Assembly (NCBI GenBank): GCA_013239625.1
Contig: MU054220.1
Span: forward strand, 8,715,367-8,779,366
Length of the DNA: 64,000 nt
From: Lama guanicoe
Taxonomy: Eukaryota
Reading direction: 5' to 3'
The notes beneath the pieces are model-generated. The model was not told the origin of the DNA. It saw only the letters and a program-made list of their open reading frames with translations, and searched no databases. Positions 23,558 to 37,387 of this stretch are shown one piece after another (position 1 is the stretch's first letter; the number at the start of each line of letters is the position of its first letter). Position numbers and translations under genes: made by a program.

Positions 23558-23989
23558 CTAAGGACCGTAGGGAAAAGCATCTTCCAGGAAATTTATATCA
23601 TGGAAAAGGAGGCCCCCTATTGATAGTGATAATGAAGTAAGGAAAAGGTTCACTTTCCTCTGTGGCTTCCCCTTGGCAAATGGCATACCATCCCTAACTG
23701 ATTTGGGGGTTCTGGTTTCCTTTACTGACATTTGGATGATATATTTGGATGATATATTTACATTACTAAAACTCAAATTGTGCTTTCATAGTTTTAGCAT
23801 AATTGTATATAACATTAATATATTATTTGTAACTTTTTACTACTGAGCAGATAAGGAAGAGATATCTTTTTTTTTTAATCAATTTCCCTAAAATTCAAAG
23901 GACTCAAGGCACAGATGTGTCATTCCACATGATATGATAGGCAAGAAGTAGGCTTAAGTAGACTTCTGGCCTATTACTGTCTGTCAAAT

Positions 23990-24184
23990 TCCTTCCAGTA
24001 TATATCATTATCTGAAATTTCCTTTTCATTTATTTTTGACTCTTCAATTTGTATCGCCCCTTCAATACAATGTAAAATCAATAAAAGCAAGGATTGAGTT
24101 TGCATTGATCATCACTCCACTGTATCCTCAGTGTAAAAAGCAATGCCTTCTATACAGTATGTCCTTAACAAATATATGTTGAAG
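23990..24184 (+). mobile_element. L2 3' end (target of the following LTR)
   Basis: AATGTAAAATCAATAAAAGCAAGG...CTGTATCCTCAGTG...AACAAATATATGTTGAA. Confidence 0.6.
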
Positions 24185-24648
24185 TGTGAAGGAAAAACCG
24201 GGCTGGTCTAACAAGATAACTCACAAGTCTAGGAATGTGAAGGAAAGGCTGGGCTGGGCTAACAAGATAACTCACAAATCTAAGTATTGGAATACTGATC
24301 TGAGTTCTGCTAGAGTAACTTGTAAATCTAGGTTAATTAGTGTTGGTTTGCTGTTCATGTTTTTTGCTAGCCAGCTGGGTTTTCAAAGATACATATCTGG
24401 CTTTGGAATGTTGGTTTGCTGCCTCCCCGCCTCCACTTTTGTGATGATGCTGCTGCTAAAGCTGTTCCATGCCTATTGGCTGAATACCCCAAGCTTGTAC
24501 TTTACCCTATAAAACCTCATGTGCACGTCTTGGAGGTGCTCAGAGCTTCGGAGCAGAAGCCCCTCTGAGCCTGCCAGCGTAATACATCTGAGTACTCCAA
24601 CCCTCCGAGTGGTGCTTGTTTCTTGACTGGCCTGCCGTTTCCGTAACA
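24185..24648 (+). mobile_element. Young ERV1/gammaretrovirus-like solo LTR (third family)
   Basis: TG...CA termini, perfect TSD GAAG (24181-24184 / 24649-24652), inverse CCAAT (ATTGG ~24475), TATAAAA (~24508), AATACA at the poly-A signal position (~24581), many retained CpGs. Confidence 0.9.
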
Positions 24649-24744
24649 GAAGAAATCTTAAATGCCAGCCAGGGTAACCATAAGGTTGTATCTGCAGTAT
24701 ACATTTTGTGCTCTGGAGTAATTCACTTTTTTCATTTACAAAAG

Positions 24745-24880
24745 TAATTCATTCATAAAACACACATTCTGTAACTACCATGGATGAGATGAGGCATTAT
24801 GCTAGGTGCTTCAAACTGAAAATGGGTAGGACAGCACCCTTGTTTATAAGGGTTCACGGACAGGTGGGAAAGAAAAATAG
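24745..24880 (-). mobile_element. L2 3' end
   Basis: ATTCATTCAT...AGGCATTATGCTAGGTGCT...AGGACAGCACCCTTG. Confidence 0.6.
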
Positions 24881-27805
24881 GACAACTGAACATATGATAA
24901 AACTTTAGACATCTCTAGAACCCTCATTTCTAAAAATGTGTTGATAGTTTGTTAAAAATATCTTATGCTGGACTTGATGATCTATTTTCAATTATCATAT
25001 TGTCTTACAAAATATTAATATTAATCTGATTTTTTGGTCTCTCTTGACATTCCAAAAATTAAGGTCATTGATCTTCAGAAGATTCTAGACTGTCCCTCTC
25101 CAAACTGCAAACGTGGACACATTTTCACCATTTTTTCCCCTCTAAAAACACTGCAGATTGCTGACTGTTGGTTCCTGGTAGTAGTGTACCTGTGAGCATA
25201 TGATTTTGGGAGGCAGTGTGGCCTTGAGTTCTTATTTATGGTTCTTCTGTAAATTATTACTGACATGCACCAATGTCTTTTCATTTTCAAATGAGTCGAC
25301 TGAAATAAATAAAATTATAAACAGCTTTTCATCTTCATACAATTACAAATTTATACAATTAATAACAGATGCAACTAACAAGACCATTTTAAAAAAAGAA
25401 ACCAACCTAGATATTTTGAGGGATTGTTTTTATACGATAATTCTAATGTCTCATTGTGAATTACATATAATAAACGCAGTATCTTCAAGATGTTCAAGTT
25501 GTGATATTTTTTGGATTTGGGAAAAGGCACACAATAAAACTAGTGCCTGTAAGTTTTATGTAAGAGTATCCTGCAGACTTTGCTCATATAAGGCCAAAGA
25601 GTAATTAAAACGAACAGATTTAGTGGAAAAAAATGAAATGAACAAGGAGATTAGTATCATTTACATAAAATTATTTTCATTTCGATGACACCATATCAAA
25701 TGCAAATCAATAGTAAGCCTCTGAGACAGTTTGAACCTCAAATTTCATGCTTTATTTCTGAGACATTGATCAGAAAATAAAAAACAGCCATCAAATAGAA
25801 ACTGAAATATTAATTTTTCTCCATCTTCCTATCTATTTTTGAGGGCAAGAAGGATTTCTTTTGATATGAAAGTTTAAATGGTTCAAGTCAGGGGGTTAAA
25901 ACTAGCAACCTCTACATGTGGAGTGGGTATTTTGGTAATTAAACCTTGAATAGTGTTGACAAGGTCAGTAAAAGTTAGAGTGGAAAAGTATTTTTGTGTA
26001 TGATGCTATCAAAGAGTTACATATGGCTTCCATCAAGAATGTTGCTCTCCTGTTTCAGAAAGGGCATTTGAAATTATCTGTCATTTCTGCTTTCAATTGC
26101 CAGTGTATAACTTTGGAATCAAATCTTCTCTGCGTGTTCCTCGGCAAAACCCCCATTTGTTCTGGTATTAAATACTCATATATTCCTATCAGCAAAGTTT
26201 GCCCTATCCTCTGGTGTTTTCATTCACTTCTGGTCTTCAGATACCTCTGTAATTAATCAATTACTTTAGATGAATCCTGCAGAGATGTCCTGGGATTGAA
26301 TAATTATACAAAATGATTAACTCGTCAGCTTTGTGGTCTGTTGATAGAGACATGAAAACTATAACATGATCTATATAGTATAATGCCCTATTACTGAGTC
26401 ATTGTACGTAAATGTCCCCAGTGAACACAACTCTGTTAAAGAACAGGGAATGTAATTTATTTTGCAATAGACAAAGTGTAAAAAGTTGTACTAAGGCATA
26501 TAGACAAGAAAACAGAAAACAAAATATTTGAACTTCAAAAAATCTCACCAGATAGTAATTAGGGCATCCGTATTCCAGCCCTGCCTCCTTTACTCATAAG
26601 TCACTTCATGGGAGCATGTTAGTCACTGATAATCATTTCTTTATCTGTAAATTTCAGGGGCAAACTAGGAAAAAAAAGAATTAACCATTTATTTGCTGAT
26701 TGCTTCTTCTTTGATCTTCCTGCTTATTTGAGATAGTCACAGCATGGTATGACGTATACCAGTTTAGATATATTTTGTTCTCCAACTCTTTCATTTGGTT
26801 TCTCAAATTTTGCTCAAATGAATTCCCTCAGGCAACCACAGAAGTGACCTGGAGATCAATGGGTTTGATACGTCTAACATCAGATCTATGTATATCTACA
26901 GTTGTACCCATCTATTCTATACCTAAATGTATATCTATATCATGTGTCTATCTTATCCATAGCTGTAACTGTCTCATCAAGCTCTCTGATTACAGGGTTT
27001 AAACTCAAGTGCCAAAAGTAATATCGTATCTTAGAAGGAGTATGGGTTTAGCGAACAGAAACTAAAGTTTTGTAATACCTGAGTCAAACTCATTTCTAGA
27101 CACTGTTGCAATTTATATGCTACCACAAGCTTATGAATGCCTATTTCACTGCATCCTCACTGGCAATAAGTCTTTGCTTTAATTAAAATCTTTGTCATTT
27201 TGGTGGGTAAGAAAAGTGATACTTTAATTATATTAGGTTAATGAGAACTGGATCAGTATTCAGTCTGTTCAGACTTATGCAATGCATTTATGACAGGAAA
27301 AATAAAATAATGGCACTGTGCTGTACTAATATTAATTTTACCACCTAGAAGTAAGAGGAGATCTCAAAATATTTTAGCAGAGATTATTAAAATGAGATTT
27401 GAGTCATCACAAAGGATTCAATAGAACAAATATGCCAAACTTAGATATTCAAGTCAAAAATCCTGTGATATAAACCAGAAAGCCAATTTATAGACTGATA
27501 ATAAGCAATTCAAATGCCAAAGGGAACAAGTATTATAACCACCTTAAATGACTCAGCCAATTCGAGAGAAGCTACCATTTGATATAAATTACATTTTATA
27601 TATGAAGAAAAAAGTTATAATCCGATTATGGTTTTCTGTTGTTAGTTATAGCTCTGAAAAGGCTAAAAAAAAGCTAGTAACCAATTTCTGTAGCTCCCAT
27701 GAATAATTAACTTTATTTGGATTTGGAAAGCTAGCAGAATTTCTCCCTGAGTGTTTGAAGTGGGCAAAAAGTTATCTTTGTGCCTTTTTTTTCCCCCTGT
27801 GTTTC

Positions 27806-28165
27806 TTTATTAATCTGTTTGGGTTGTTCCAACAGAATACCTTACACTGGGTGTCTTATAAACAACAGAAATCTATTTCTTATAGTTCTGGAGACTGAAA
27901 AATACAAGATCAAGACATCAGTAAATCTGGTGTATGATGAAGGTGCACTTCCAAGTTCAAGGATGTCCATATTTTTTTCCATGTCCTTGCATGGCAGAAG
28001 GGATAAGGGAATTCTCTGGGGGCTCTTTTATAAAAGCACTAATCTCATTCATAAAGGCTCCACCCCCATAACCCACCGCCCAAAGGCCTCACCTCCAAAT
28101 TCTATCACACTGGGCATTTGAACTTAACATAAAATTTTGGAAAAATACACATTCAGTCTATAGAA
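27806..28165 (-). mobile_element. MaLR LTR (MLT1A-like)
   Basis: CTTATAAACAACAGAAATCTATTTCTTATAGTTCTGGAGACTG...GCACTAATCTCATTCATAAAGGCTCCACCC...CCCAAAGGCCTCACCTCC. Confidence 0.85.
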
Positions 28166-28394
28166 GTTTCTTTGGCTGGAAAAAAAAAAATCCCCATTAC
28201 ATTTTTATTATACTAGTACTTCTACCTAAGCGCAATTCTTGCCAGCTTTGAAGTCTTTTTCTCTTTTCTTTTCTTTTCTCTTAAAGGTGGCTTTGTACTT
28301 TGGTTTATTTTACATTTAATTCTCAGAGAGTGACATACTTCCTAAATTACTTCAAGGACAGGATTTCTCAGGATAGTCCTAAAGTATGGAAAAA

Positions 28395-28570
28395 CAGTCT
28401 CTACTTGAGAGGTTCTGGAGTAAGAAGACTTTAGGTCTCAGCTTTCTCAAGTCACTAGATTTGTGACCTTGACAAAGCCTCTCCCCTCTGACGATTGTTT
28501 TCCTCATCTGAAAAGTGGACATAATAAGAATGCCATCACTGAATTTTGTGGAGAACAAGTGATATACTGC
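28395..28570 (+). mobile_element. MIR SINE
   Basis: TGTGACCTTGACAAAG...GTTTTCCTCATCTGAAAAGTGGACATAATAA. Confidence 0.7.
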
Positions 28571-28574
28571 ATGC

Positions 28575-28690
28575 CAGTGGTTTTTCAAATCTGGGAGCAT
28601 ATTAAAGCAACCTGGGCGTTGGGATTTCTGCAACAGCTTAGGCTGTTTAATGTGTACCTAACTTCCTCCTGAATGACAATCTTGTAGATG
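28575..28690. mobile_element. MER5-like hAT MITE fragment
   Basis: CAGTGGTTTTTCAAATCTGGGAGCATATTAAAGCAACCTGGG resembles the MER5 end. Confidence 0.45.
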
Positions 28691-29899
28691 TTAGCAAAAA
28701 TTCTGACTCTGCCGGCGAGCCTGTGGTCAGATTAGCCATAACTAACGTTGGACTCTTACGTGCATATACCTTTGAGTACTGCATCATTTATTTCAGGTGT
28801 GATTTGCGTTTTGGGATCGTAATCAAGGCATTCTTCATCTATGTTAGGATAGGGACTATCTCAACCATAGCCACTTGGCGCAAAATGCGAAACTACTCCT
28901 GGATGGGGAAAGTGGTTTTCTTCCCCCAGCAGGCTTGGCAGACCCTGCGCTTGGTGTGTCAGCACTGCAGCTTCAGTAGAGAAGATGGCTGTTTTCTATC
29001 TCAGGCTGAAATCAGGGAAGGAATGGAGTAGAGAAAAGCTTAGGCTATTCAGTTAGAATGGGCTACCTGACAGAAATGGCTTGATTTGTAAAGGAGACAC
29101 TGTCTGAATTTTACTGAGTGTCCAATGCATACAATGTAGCTCCCAAACCTATAGCATGACATTATTATATTGTGATTTCATAAGATGGATAAACTTAACT
29201 TTCAGAGAACTGAGTATCTTGCCTACATAAATGATGGATTTTTCATTTCTAGCTAATAACTAGTTCTCTTTCCAGTTACACACCATCCTATATTGGGTAA
29301 TAGGACAGAATTAGGCCAAATTTAAGGAGAAAATAAAACATAAAACATATTAACGATCCCAAAGGAAACATTCAAACTACTTTAGCACTCATTAGCTTTC
29401 ATAAGAAGAGTGATAGAAATGATAAACTGATAGCTGGAACCACAATAAAATAAACACTTTCACATTGGGTCCTGATAGACAAAGCAAAAATTAGTATTTT
29501 TAATAATGAATTCTTATAATGAATAAAGACACTACTTGCAGTAAATATTCCAATCTATTCTGAGCAGCAGAAGTCTATTTAACTTAAATGATTTCATATT
29601 TGGCATTACAAACATCAGTTCTCATGATAATTTAAGTAATGAGCCAGCCCCTCCTTTACTTTAGGTGAAGGGCAACCTATGGTACAGTTGATTATAACCC
29701 AACATTTAGGCTAATCAAACTGGATTAGGATTTAAGCATGACGATTAGAAAACACAAGCAAGCATAATGAGCCAAAGTATTTCACAGACTGAGTTACTGC
29801 AAATCCCTTTGAAAGAGAAGCAGGAGACTTGAGTGTAGAAATTTTGCAATTTGAGGAAGGTGGTACCAGGAATAGAGAACATGAAATTTACCATAAGAC

Positions 29900-30050
29900 A
29901 TTTACCTCTTACTGGAGCAACTTAATTCTGAGCCTTGATCTCTCTATCTGTAAATGAGAATAAAAATACCTACCTCATGGAACTATTGTTCAGATCACAT
30001 GACCATGTAAATTAAGTCCTTGGCACAAAGTTTTATATTATAGTAAAAAT
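29900..30050 (+). mobile_element. MIR fragment
   Basis: GCAACTTAATTCTGAGCCTT...ATCTGTAAATGAGAATAAAAATACCTACCTCATGG. Confidence 0.7.
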
Positions 30051-30229
30051 GATTAGTATATGTAAAGTTCTGACTTAAAACAGAGAATATGCCTTTTTGG
30101 CAAGTATCTGAAGAAAAATCCTCAAACTCATTTTGCCTTGAGCTTTAAAGAGAACTTCAGTGATTCCCATACTGAAGAAATAGTATAGAGAATAGCATAA
30201 TAAAACTAGAGGTTAACACAAAACAACAA

Positions 30230-31000
30230 CAACATGCTGGAAACAAGCAAACAAATTCTCTTTTAAACACCTTGAATAAGATCTTAAACAACTCTCATAT
30301 CAAAATGGAAATGCAAACTAAACTAAAATAAGGATAATGAAAAACTACATGTGAAAACAAATTAGACAGGGATAAGAGTTTTAGAAGAAAATATAAAGTC
30401 ATATATTTTCATATTCTTACAATAATGAACATCAAAGTCAAGATGCTAGAAATAGAACAAAAAGGAATCTTACAGAAATAGAATAATCTGCTTTTAACAA
30501 ATCTAAAAGTGAAAATTCATGAATAGAGAAGCAAAAATTAATAGAACTAATAAATAAATTTAAATACTTGCTCAGTGAAAAGGAAAATAAAATAAATCAT
30601 TATATAACTTAAGTGATATAAAGAAATAGAAGAACAAAATACACATATATCTTCAAAGATAATGGATAAACCAATCACAGATAGAAGGGAAGATATTGTA
30701 CGAGACTGTTATGCTCAGATGTAAACAATCAATTCTCAATGCAATGACTAATCACCATGAAAAAATACAGCAAGAAAATTAATCTCCAGAGATAAAGAGT
30801 TATACAGAACAGTTGTTAAAAATAAATAATGTTATCAACAAGATATTTCACAGGAGATTTCTACTAATTATTAAGAGAATAATTTCGAAGTCACTTAAAG
30901 GATTCTAGAGCAAATGAAAAGAAGGATTGTTTCTGCTTACTTTATTCTAATACTACTTCACTACCAAAATCCAACCAGGATTGAGCATTCTTACATACAC
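30230..31000 (+). mobile_element. Ancient L1M ORF2 fragment
   Basis: Strongly A-rich; ATAATGAAAAACTACATGTGAAAAC, AATAGAACTAATAAATAAATTTAAATAC, CACAGGAGATTTCTACTAA resemble decayed L1 ORF2. Confidence 0.55.
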
Positions 31001-33419
31001 ACAAGCATTCACACACACACACACACACACATATATTTCAATTTCCAATTTCCAATTAGAGAGTGGTTATATCATACAGAACAAAAACACATAGAAACAT
31101 CCTGTCACAATGGAACATTATTCCTTGTCCAATAAGTCCATTTCTTGCACTCATAAAAGTTACTTAGCAAGTAGCAAGAGTGTGTTAGCATCCAGGTTAC
31201 CAAGGATGTTTTCCCCCATGCAGCCACTGAGATACAGGATATTAGTGGGTTCACCATGTCCAAAATCCACTTCTAAGGTCAGCCACCCAGAAGTGGAAAA
31301 GGACATGGGGCAGTATCATGGGGAAGGCCTGTACAGGTCAAACCTGGAAAGATCCCACATCAATCCCATTTGCACTGAGTTGATTAAAATGCAATCACAT
31401 CAGAAGCCCTGACTGCAAGGGAGCCTGGGCAATGCAGCTCCTCTAAGGTCAGCCATTTTCTGGCAGTAACTTCATGCTAAGGAAAATAAAGCACTCATTT
31501 TTGGAGGAACTGTAGCCTATTTCTCAGGGTAGTTGTGAGGATTAAATGAATTAATACCTGCCAAATGCTAAAAATAATGTCTGGTAGATGGAAGTTTTCC
31601 AATAAATAAATCACCTTACAGCTCATTTCCATTTACCCTCATTCCTACTCTAATTTATGGTCTTATTACTTCCCATATGTTTCAGTTCATTTTCAAGCTT
31701 TAAGGCAAAGATCTCAAATCCAGTGATTTTAACAATAAGAAAGTATTATAATATCATTTAAATGAAGTCCTGAACTGTGGCAATTCCAAAGTTGTTGAAT
31801 TCAGTATCTTAAGAACATCAACTGTTGTGCAGTTTCTTGTATTTTATTTATTTACTCATTTTTATTTTCACAATTCAACATGTATTAAAATGTTGTCCAT
31901 ATGGGTTGCTCCCATCATAAATAGAAAATGGTCTGGGGAACCCAAGACACAAGACTATTAAGAAAAAACAAAAAAAGATTAGAGGCAAGGACACTTCTTT
32001 CTGTATCTTTTATCGATGCAGAAACATGAACTAGAAAGCCTCAGGAAAATTCTCTTAATCTTGTTTGCCAGAACTAGTTCACATTTCCACTACTAAATTG
32101 GCAGAAGGATTAACCAATCAGAATTTGAGCCTCAAGTTAGGGAGAGGGCATCTTCTTTTCAATCAAGGGATGGAGAGAGGGAATCACCTTTATCCCAGGA
32201 GGAAAAAAAGGAGCCCAGATTTTCAGGACCTAACCCACAGCGCCTGCTACAACGTATCATCCAGTGCCTAGGTTGCCATAAAGTTCTATTACTTTTTTAA
32301 ATTACTCTACCTTTTTCTACTCTGTTAATATTCCCTATGCTACTGCCAGGTGAATTTTCCAAGTGGACAGCTCTTATTTATTCCATCTCAAAGAGCTTCA
32401 GTACATTGTACACCATTTAGGTCTACAAGCCTTTGCTGACTTTCTGCTAGCATCTCGTGAATAGTACACTTCGCTGTGCACTCACTGGACCTTCTGCTTT
32501 GCATTCTCTTTCCCTAGATCTCTAAAGAGCTCCCTCCATCACCTCATTCAAGTCTTTGCTGAAGTGCCATATACTTCGGCAAGCCCTTCTCTATCTATCC
32601 TTATGTAAAACTCAAGCTGCCGCCAACCTCCCCTATTTCCCTTCATACTTATGTTTGTTTCATATGTCATGTTTCTTGTACATTAACTTTATCTGACATA
32701 TTTTGTATGCAACACTTGTCATTTACCATTAAACTTTAAGCTATTAAAAATAATCAAGCAGATTATAAGTTCTGAATGCGTGAAGGTTCTAAAGATCTAC
32801 AAAATGCAAATGAAATCATGGGTTGAACCTTGCTTTTAAACCTATTCTTTACATTTAAAACTTTTGTTACTGTTCTTCACGATTGAATGCCCACACAGCC
32901 CGCACAAGTCCAAGGTTAATTTTATTCAGCATTTCCAGTTATATCAGTTTTCCTTCTAATTGTGCAAAGTTTACAAAAATTTTATTTTTGTTTTTATATT
33001 AATTTTATTTTAAAGGTTAAAAAAATAACAAATATTAAAATAATTGCATAGATGAATGCTATTGAACAAAGAGGTAATACCACTTAAGACTTGCTATTGG
33101 TCCAGTAGGCAGCATTTTCATCCAAAAAATTGAAAGTGTCTTCATCAGTAGGTATATTCTTTTAAATTTAGTGTTTGAAAGGGGGTTTGAGAGAGTCAGT
33201 TATAATGTAAGAATGTAAAAACAGTGAAAATTCAAAGACTCAAAATGACAATTTAAAACGTATACTTACCGATTTCTTCCAAAAGGAAACATTCAGATCT
33301 TCTATATATGCCCTGTGGATTATCAATTTTATGTTGTCCTGAAACCCTCTCTAATAGCTTCATTTCAAAGTTTAGTAGATGGTCTTATGGTTTTAAACAA
33401 TTGTTCCTCCCTCTACAGT

Positions 33420-33750
33420 CAAGAGTATTGTATGTCCCTTCCTATTGTCATGTGATGTTTTCTGATCAATGGTATGTGGCTGGGCATGGACACTACATCT
33501 GAGCAGTTGTTTCAAAGAGAAGTCAAAAGTTTCCATCAGGCATCTTGCCCGTCTCCTTCTGCCATACAAATGGTATGTTCCAAAGAAGGGCTGCCTGTTA
33601 GCCTGGGTCCTGGGATGATAAGACACTTAAATAGCACCAAAACATCTACAGTAGTCACCAATATGCAACACAAGGAAGACTAAATATTTACTGTCAGTTA
33701 ATGAAATTTGGGGGGCGGGGTTGTTTCTTACTGAGGCAAATAGATTTTAC
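33420..33750 (+). mobile_element. MaLR LTR (MLT1J-like)
   Basis: CATGTGATGTTTTCTGATCAATGG...GCTGCCTGTTAGCCTGGGTCCTGGGATGA...TGAAATTTGGGGG...TTGTTTCTTACTG. Confidence 0.6.
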
Positions 33751-34230
33751 TGTGACCTACAATAATTTCCCACTTCCTAGTGTCCATACTTCTGTGTAAT
33801 CCCCTGCCACATATATATATGGCAAAGGAGATGGGATGTCACCCCTGTGATTATTTTATGTTAGATAAGATGTGCCTTAGTCGATGAGGTCAAGAGAACC
33901 CCCCATGGCAAGGACCTACAGGTGGCCTCCAGGAACTTCATGCAGACTCTAAAATCTGAAAGCAATCTCCAGCCAACAGCCAGCAAAAACTTGGGCCCTC
34001 AGACACTCAACCACAATGGAATGAATTCTGCCAACAGTCTAAATCAGCTTGGAACTAGATCCTTTCCCAGTTGAGAGCACAGCCAGCCATCATCCTGACG
34101 GTATGCATGCGAGACAATGAGCAGAGAGCCCCAATGGGCCTGCCCAAACTCCTGACCCATTAAGAAGATATGTGTTGTTTTAGGTTAGCATGTTTGGATA
34201 ATGCGTTATAAGGCAACAGAAAACTAGAAG
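33751..34230 (+). mobile_element. MaLR LTR (MLT1E-like)
   Basis: GGCAAAGGAGATGGGATGTCACCCCTGTGATTA...CAGCCAACAGCCAGCAAAA...ATGAATTCTGCCAACA...CTCCTGACCCA. Confidence 0.8.
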
Positions 34231-37200
34231 AGTTATCATAGATAATTCCTATCAGTATCATACACCTAATCTCAAATCCCACCTTCTTCAACAGGAACCC
34301 CAAAATGATCCCTCCCACTATTTACGCCCCTAGCATTTTGTACCATAATATAGTATTTAGCACTTTTTAATCTAGGCAGCTGTTAATTTTTATGTGCTCT
34401 TTCTATCTTTTGCATTTCTGCTACCTGGGACAGTGCTTTTCAATTTTCCCAGTCCTAACACATTATTTTTAAATGAAATGTGCTCTAATTAAATAATTCA
34501 GTTAATTTAAAAGTATGTAAATATTTCAACAATCATAATTTTTGGCAGCCATTGATATTAAATAAATATAAATATTTAAAGAAAGGAAAATAAACCTTTA
34601 AGAAAAGATAATCCATATTCCTTTTCGTTATTTTAAACTAATCCCCCTTTAGGTTGAATGTGCAGTTTTCTTATAAATAAAAGAAAACTACTTTAAGTTC
34701 TTATTGCAATTGAGTAAATGATTAATTGTGTAGCTTCCTTAAGGTGATTATGTATCGACCTGGGAGGCTTTTCCACTTGGTTATAGTTTCTCATTAAACT
34801 TGCATGTCCTGGTTACTGTATATTTTCCACATTGTACAGGCCACTATGATTGAACACACCCCACATAACTGTGGAATAATAGGCCAGTCAGGAGCAGTGT
34901 AGAAACATATACTCATGGAATCTCTGTAGGCGCTGGCATAAGTAACCGATTCCCAGAATTAGTGAATCCTGCAGCACACCTGAGGGTAGATATGTGCCAA
35001 GGCACTCAAGTCCTTACAGGTGTGTTGACATCAGAGCTTTGGACTTGAAACTGATTCAAAAAAATATATATTTAAGAATAGGCTAGAAGTATGGGAGTCA
35101 TAAATATTTTGTGAAGTCCAGAGAGCATGAAAGTTCTGATAGAGTCCATATATTTAAACATTAATTGGCTTATCATTCATCTCTCCTCACGAGAAACTAA
35201 GCTCCATGTGGGCAGGCAATTTCATTGCTCACTTATTCACTTAAAAAGTCTTAGTTGAAGTAATGAACAATTTCACATTGTCTTGGCAATGAAAAAAAAC
35301 TTAGAGTAAATTACAGCAGATATGTCTTCTAGAAAAGATACCATAATATAATTTTGGTCCTTTTTTCCTTCACCATTTTACATACAGGGATTTTTTTTTT
35401 TTAATCCACAGGTAGCACCGATCAATATAACCTGTATCAATGTGGACACCATGTAAATAAGCACACAACTGAACAGTTATTTTTTGCATAAGTTGATTGG
35501 GCATGTTTTTATGATTTTATATGATTTTCTGTTCTCAGGGTGTTATTGTTTGTGTGTGTGTGTGTGTGTTTCTCATGACAATCAGGGCAACTGAGGACTG
35601 AATGGACTCTTGCCTCTAAGGAAATTCAAATGATGAGTTCTTTTTCATGTGACCTTTCAGGCCAGGTCAAAGCAAGTCTTCCTCCATGAGGGAAGCAGAA
35701 GAGAAAATTCACTCAGATCCATGAAGCCCTGCCGTCATCACAGACAGGGAAGAACTTCAGCTGGACAAACACCTCTGCTTTTCTTATTAGTGAGTCTCTA
35801 AAGATTTGAGGGAGTAAGGGTGTCAGACCTACACTGGTTATCATAGTCTCCTGTTACATCAGTCTCTTAGGTCAAGGGCTCTGGTGTGGGAAATTACAAC
35901 TCACTATCCTCAGATGTATATAATACCCTCTAAAGGAGTCATCGGTTTAAAGGAGCAAAAATGCCAGGAGTTTGTGACTTATAATCAACACAATGCCACT
36001 GCAGTTCCTGGCATGTTTGATAATGATAAACGGTATTTTTCCATAGTTTAACAAAATGCAAGGCAGACAGTTGCCGGATATGTAAATTACTCTCAGAATA
36101 TGTTACTTCCCTCTTACAATAAATGGCTACTTTAGTAATGAGCCCGGGAGAGGAAGTGATGACTGTTCGTTTTTGCTTTCCCCATCTAGTAAACTCTTCT
36201 TGAACAAAAACATACCATCTACAGCTATTGAAGTAAGTACAATTGATGTCTGAGCTACAAAGAAGAGATAATCTATTTTTTTCTAACAAAACCAGAGCTC
36301 TCAGAAAAAAAATGGAAATACATAGGAATTACAATAGAAAACAGTAAGAAGAATAACATTTCTGAACTCCAACTTAAGATTCATCATTGAATATAGAGGA
36401 AGTCACCATGAGGAATATTTGTCTGTTGATACGACTTTTCTCTATTTATGTCAGCAAAGATAAGATTAAATATTAAAATCTTTTTTAAAGTACAGTAGCT
36501 ATTCTAAGCAATTCTCGCCCAGGCTCCACCATTTCAATACTTACTGATGCTTAATTAACAAGAGCACCACAAAAACCATGCAAAGATCGTGTGAAAAGGT
36601 GACCACATTTGTTGGTGGACACTGACATTATTTCTCTCTCCTCAGCTTGGATAAGTAAAGAATTAACAAGGAAATGCAATGAGCTGGATGACTCTTAAGC
36701 ACAACAGAGGGTGGTACACAGTATCTAGGGTTATCCAATGTCATATCCTTTGGGTTACGAACTGATGACGGATTACTGCATAGACTTCCTTGGAACCACC
36801 GAGCAGATTACAATTCTGAAAAGATGTGATGTTCCGTTAAGAGAAAACAGTAGATGAGTTTACTTATAAGGCAAAAACTCGAAGCTGGGTAGACATGTCT
36901 TAGATAGGAGTAAGAAAACACAATGCTCCCTCTTTGCCTGGGCAGAGCATGCTTCTTTTGACCAGATGCCCTAAGAGGAAAAGTGACCAAAAACCTCTCG
37001 TGTGCTTGTGTGTAGGAACGTGCCTGTGTGCACGTGCCTGGGGGCTGAGAGCTGATTGGTCTGTGGCTGTGGGGGTGTCGTGAAAGCATTTTCTTCACAG
37101 TTTTTCTTATTATATTCTTCAGTGTTCCATGGAAAAGAGGATTTGTAATACTCAACTTGGAGGCAGTTAAGGTGGAATTCTGACCTCTAGTCGGGACTAG

Positions 37201-37387
37201 AATGAAATGAGGACAACTGAGGAACTTCATGTGCCTTGCTGAATGAAGAAAAGCGTAAAAGTTTGAAGGCATGCTGAATCAATCACTGCAGAGCCATTCC
37301 TGGGTGCTGAGTGGCCCTAGAGTGCAAACCAGCTGCCTTTCCTACAAATGCCCTTGGCTAGCCATCCCTGTATGGGCTACATTATGC

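Noticed and set aside
35390..35458. Poly-T...CACAG|GTAGCA resembling a recursive splice site or a 41-nt exon
   Set aside because: The regenerated donor and downstream GTAAAT donor are weak, and no host transcript is evident
36808..37272. 154-aa minus-strand ORF, the longest gap-free one
   Set aside because: No recognisable domain and composition typical of non-coding DNA; this length can occur by chance
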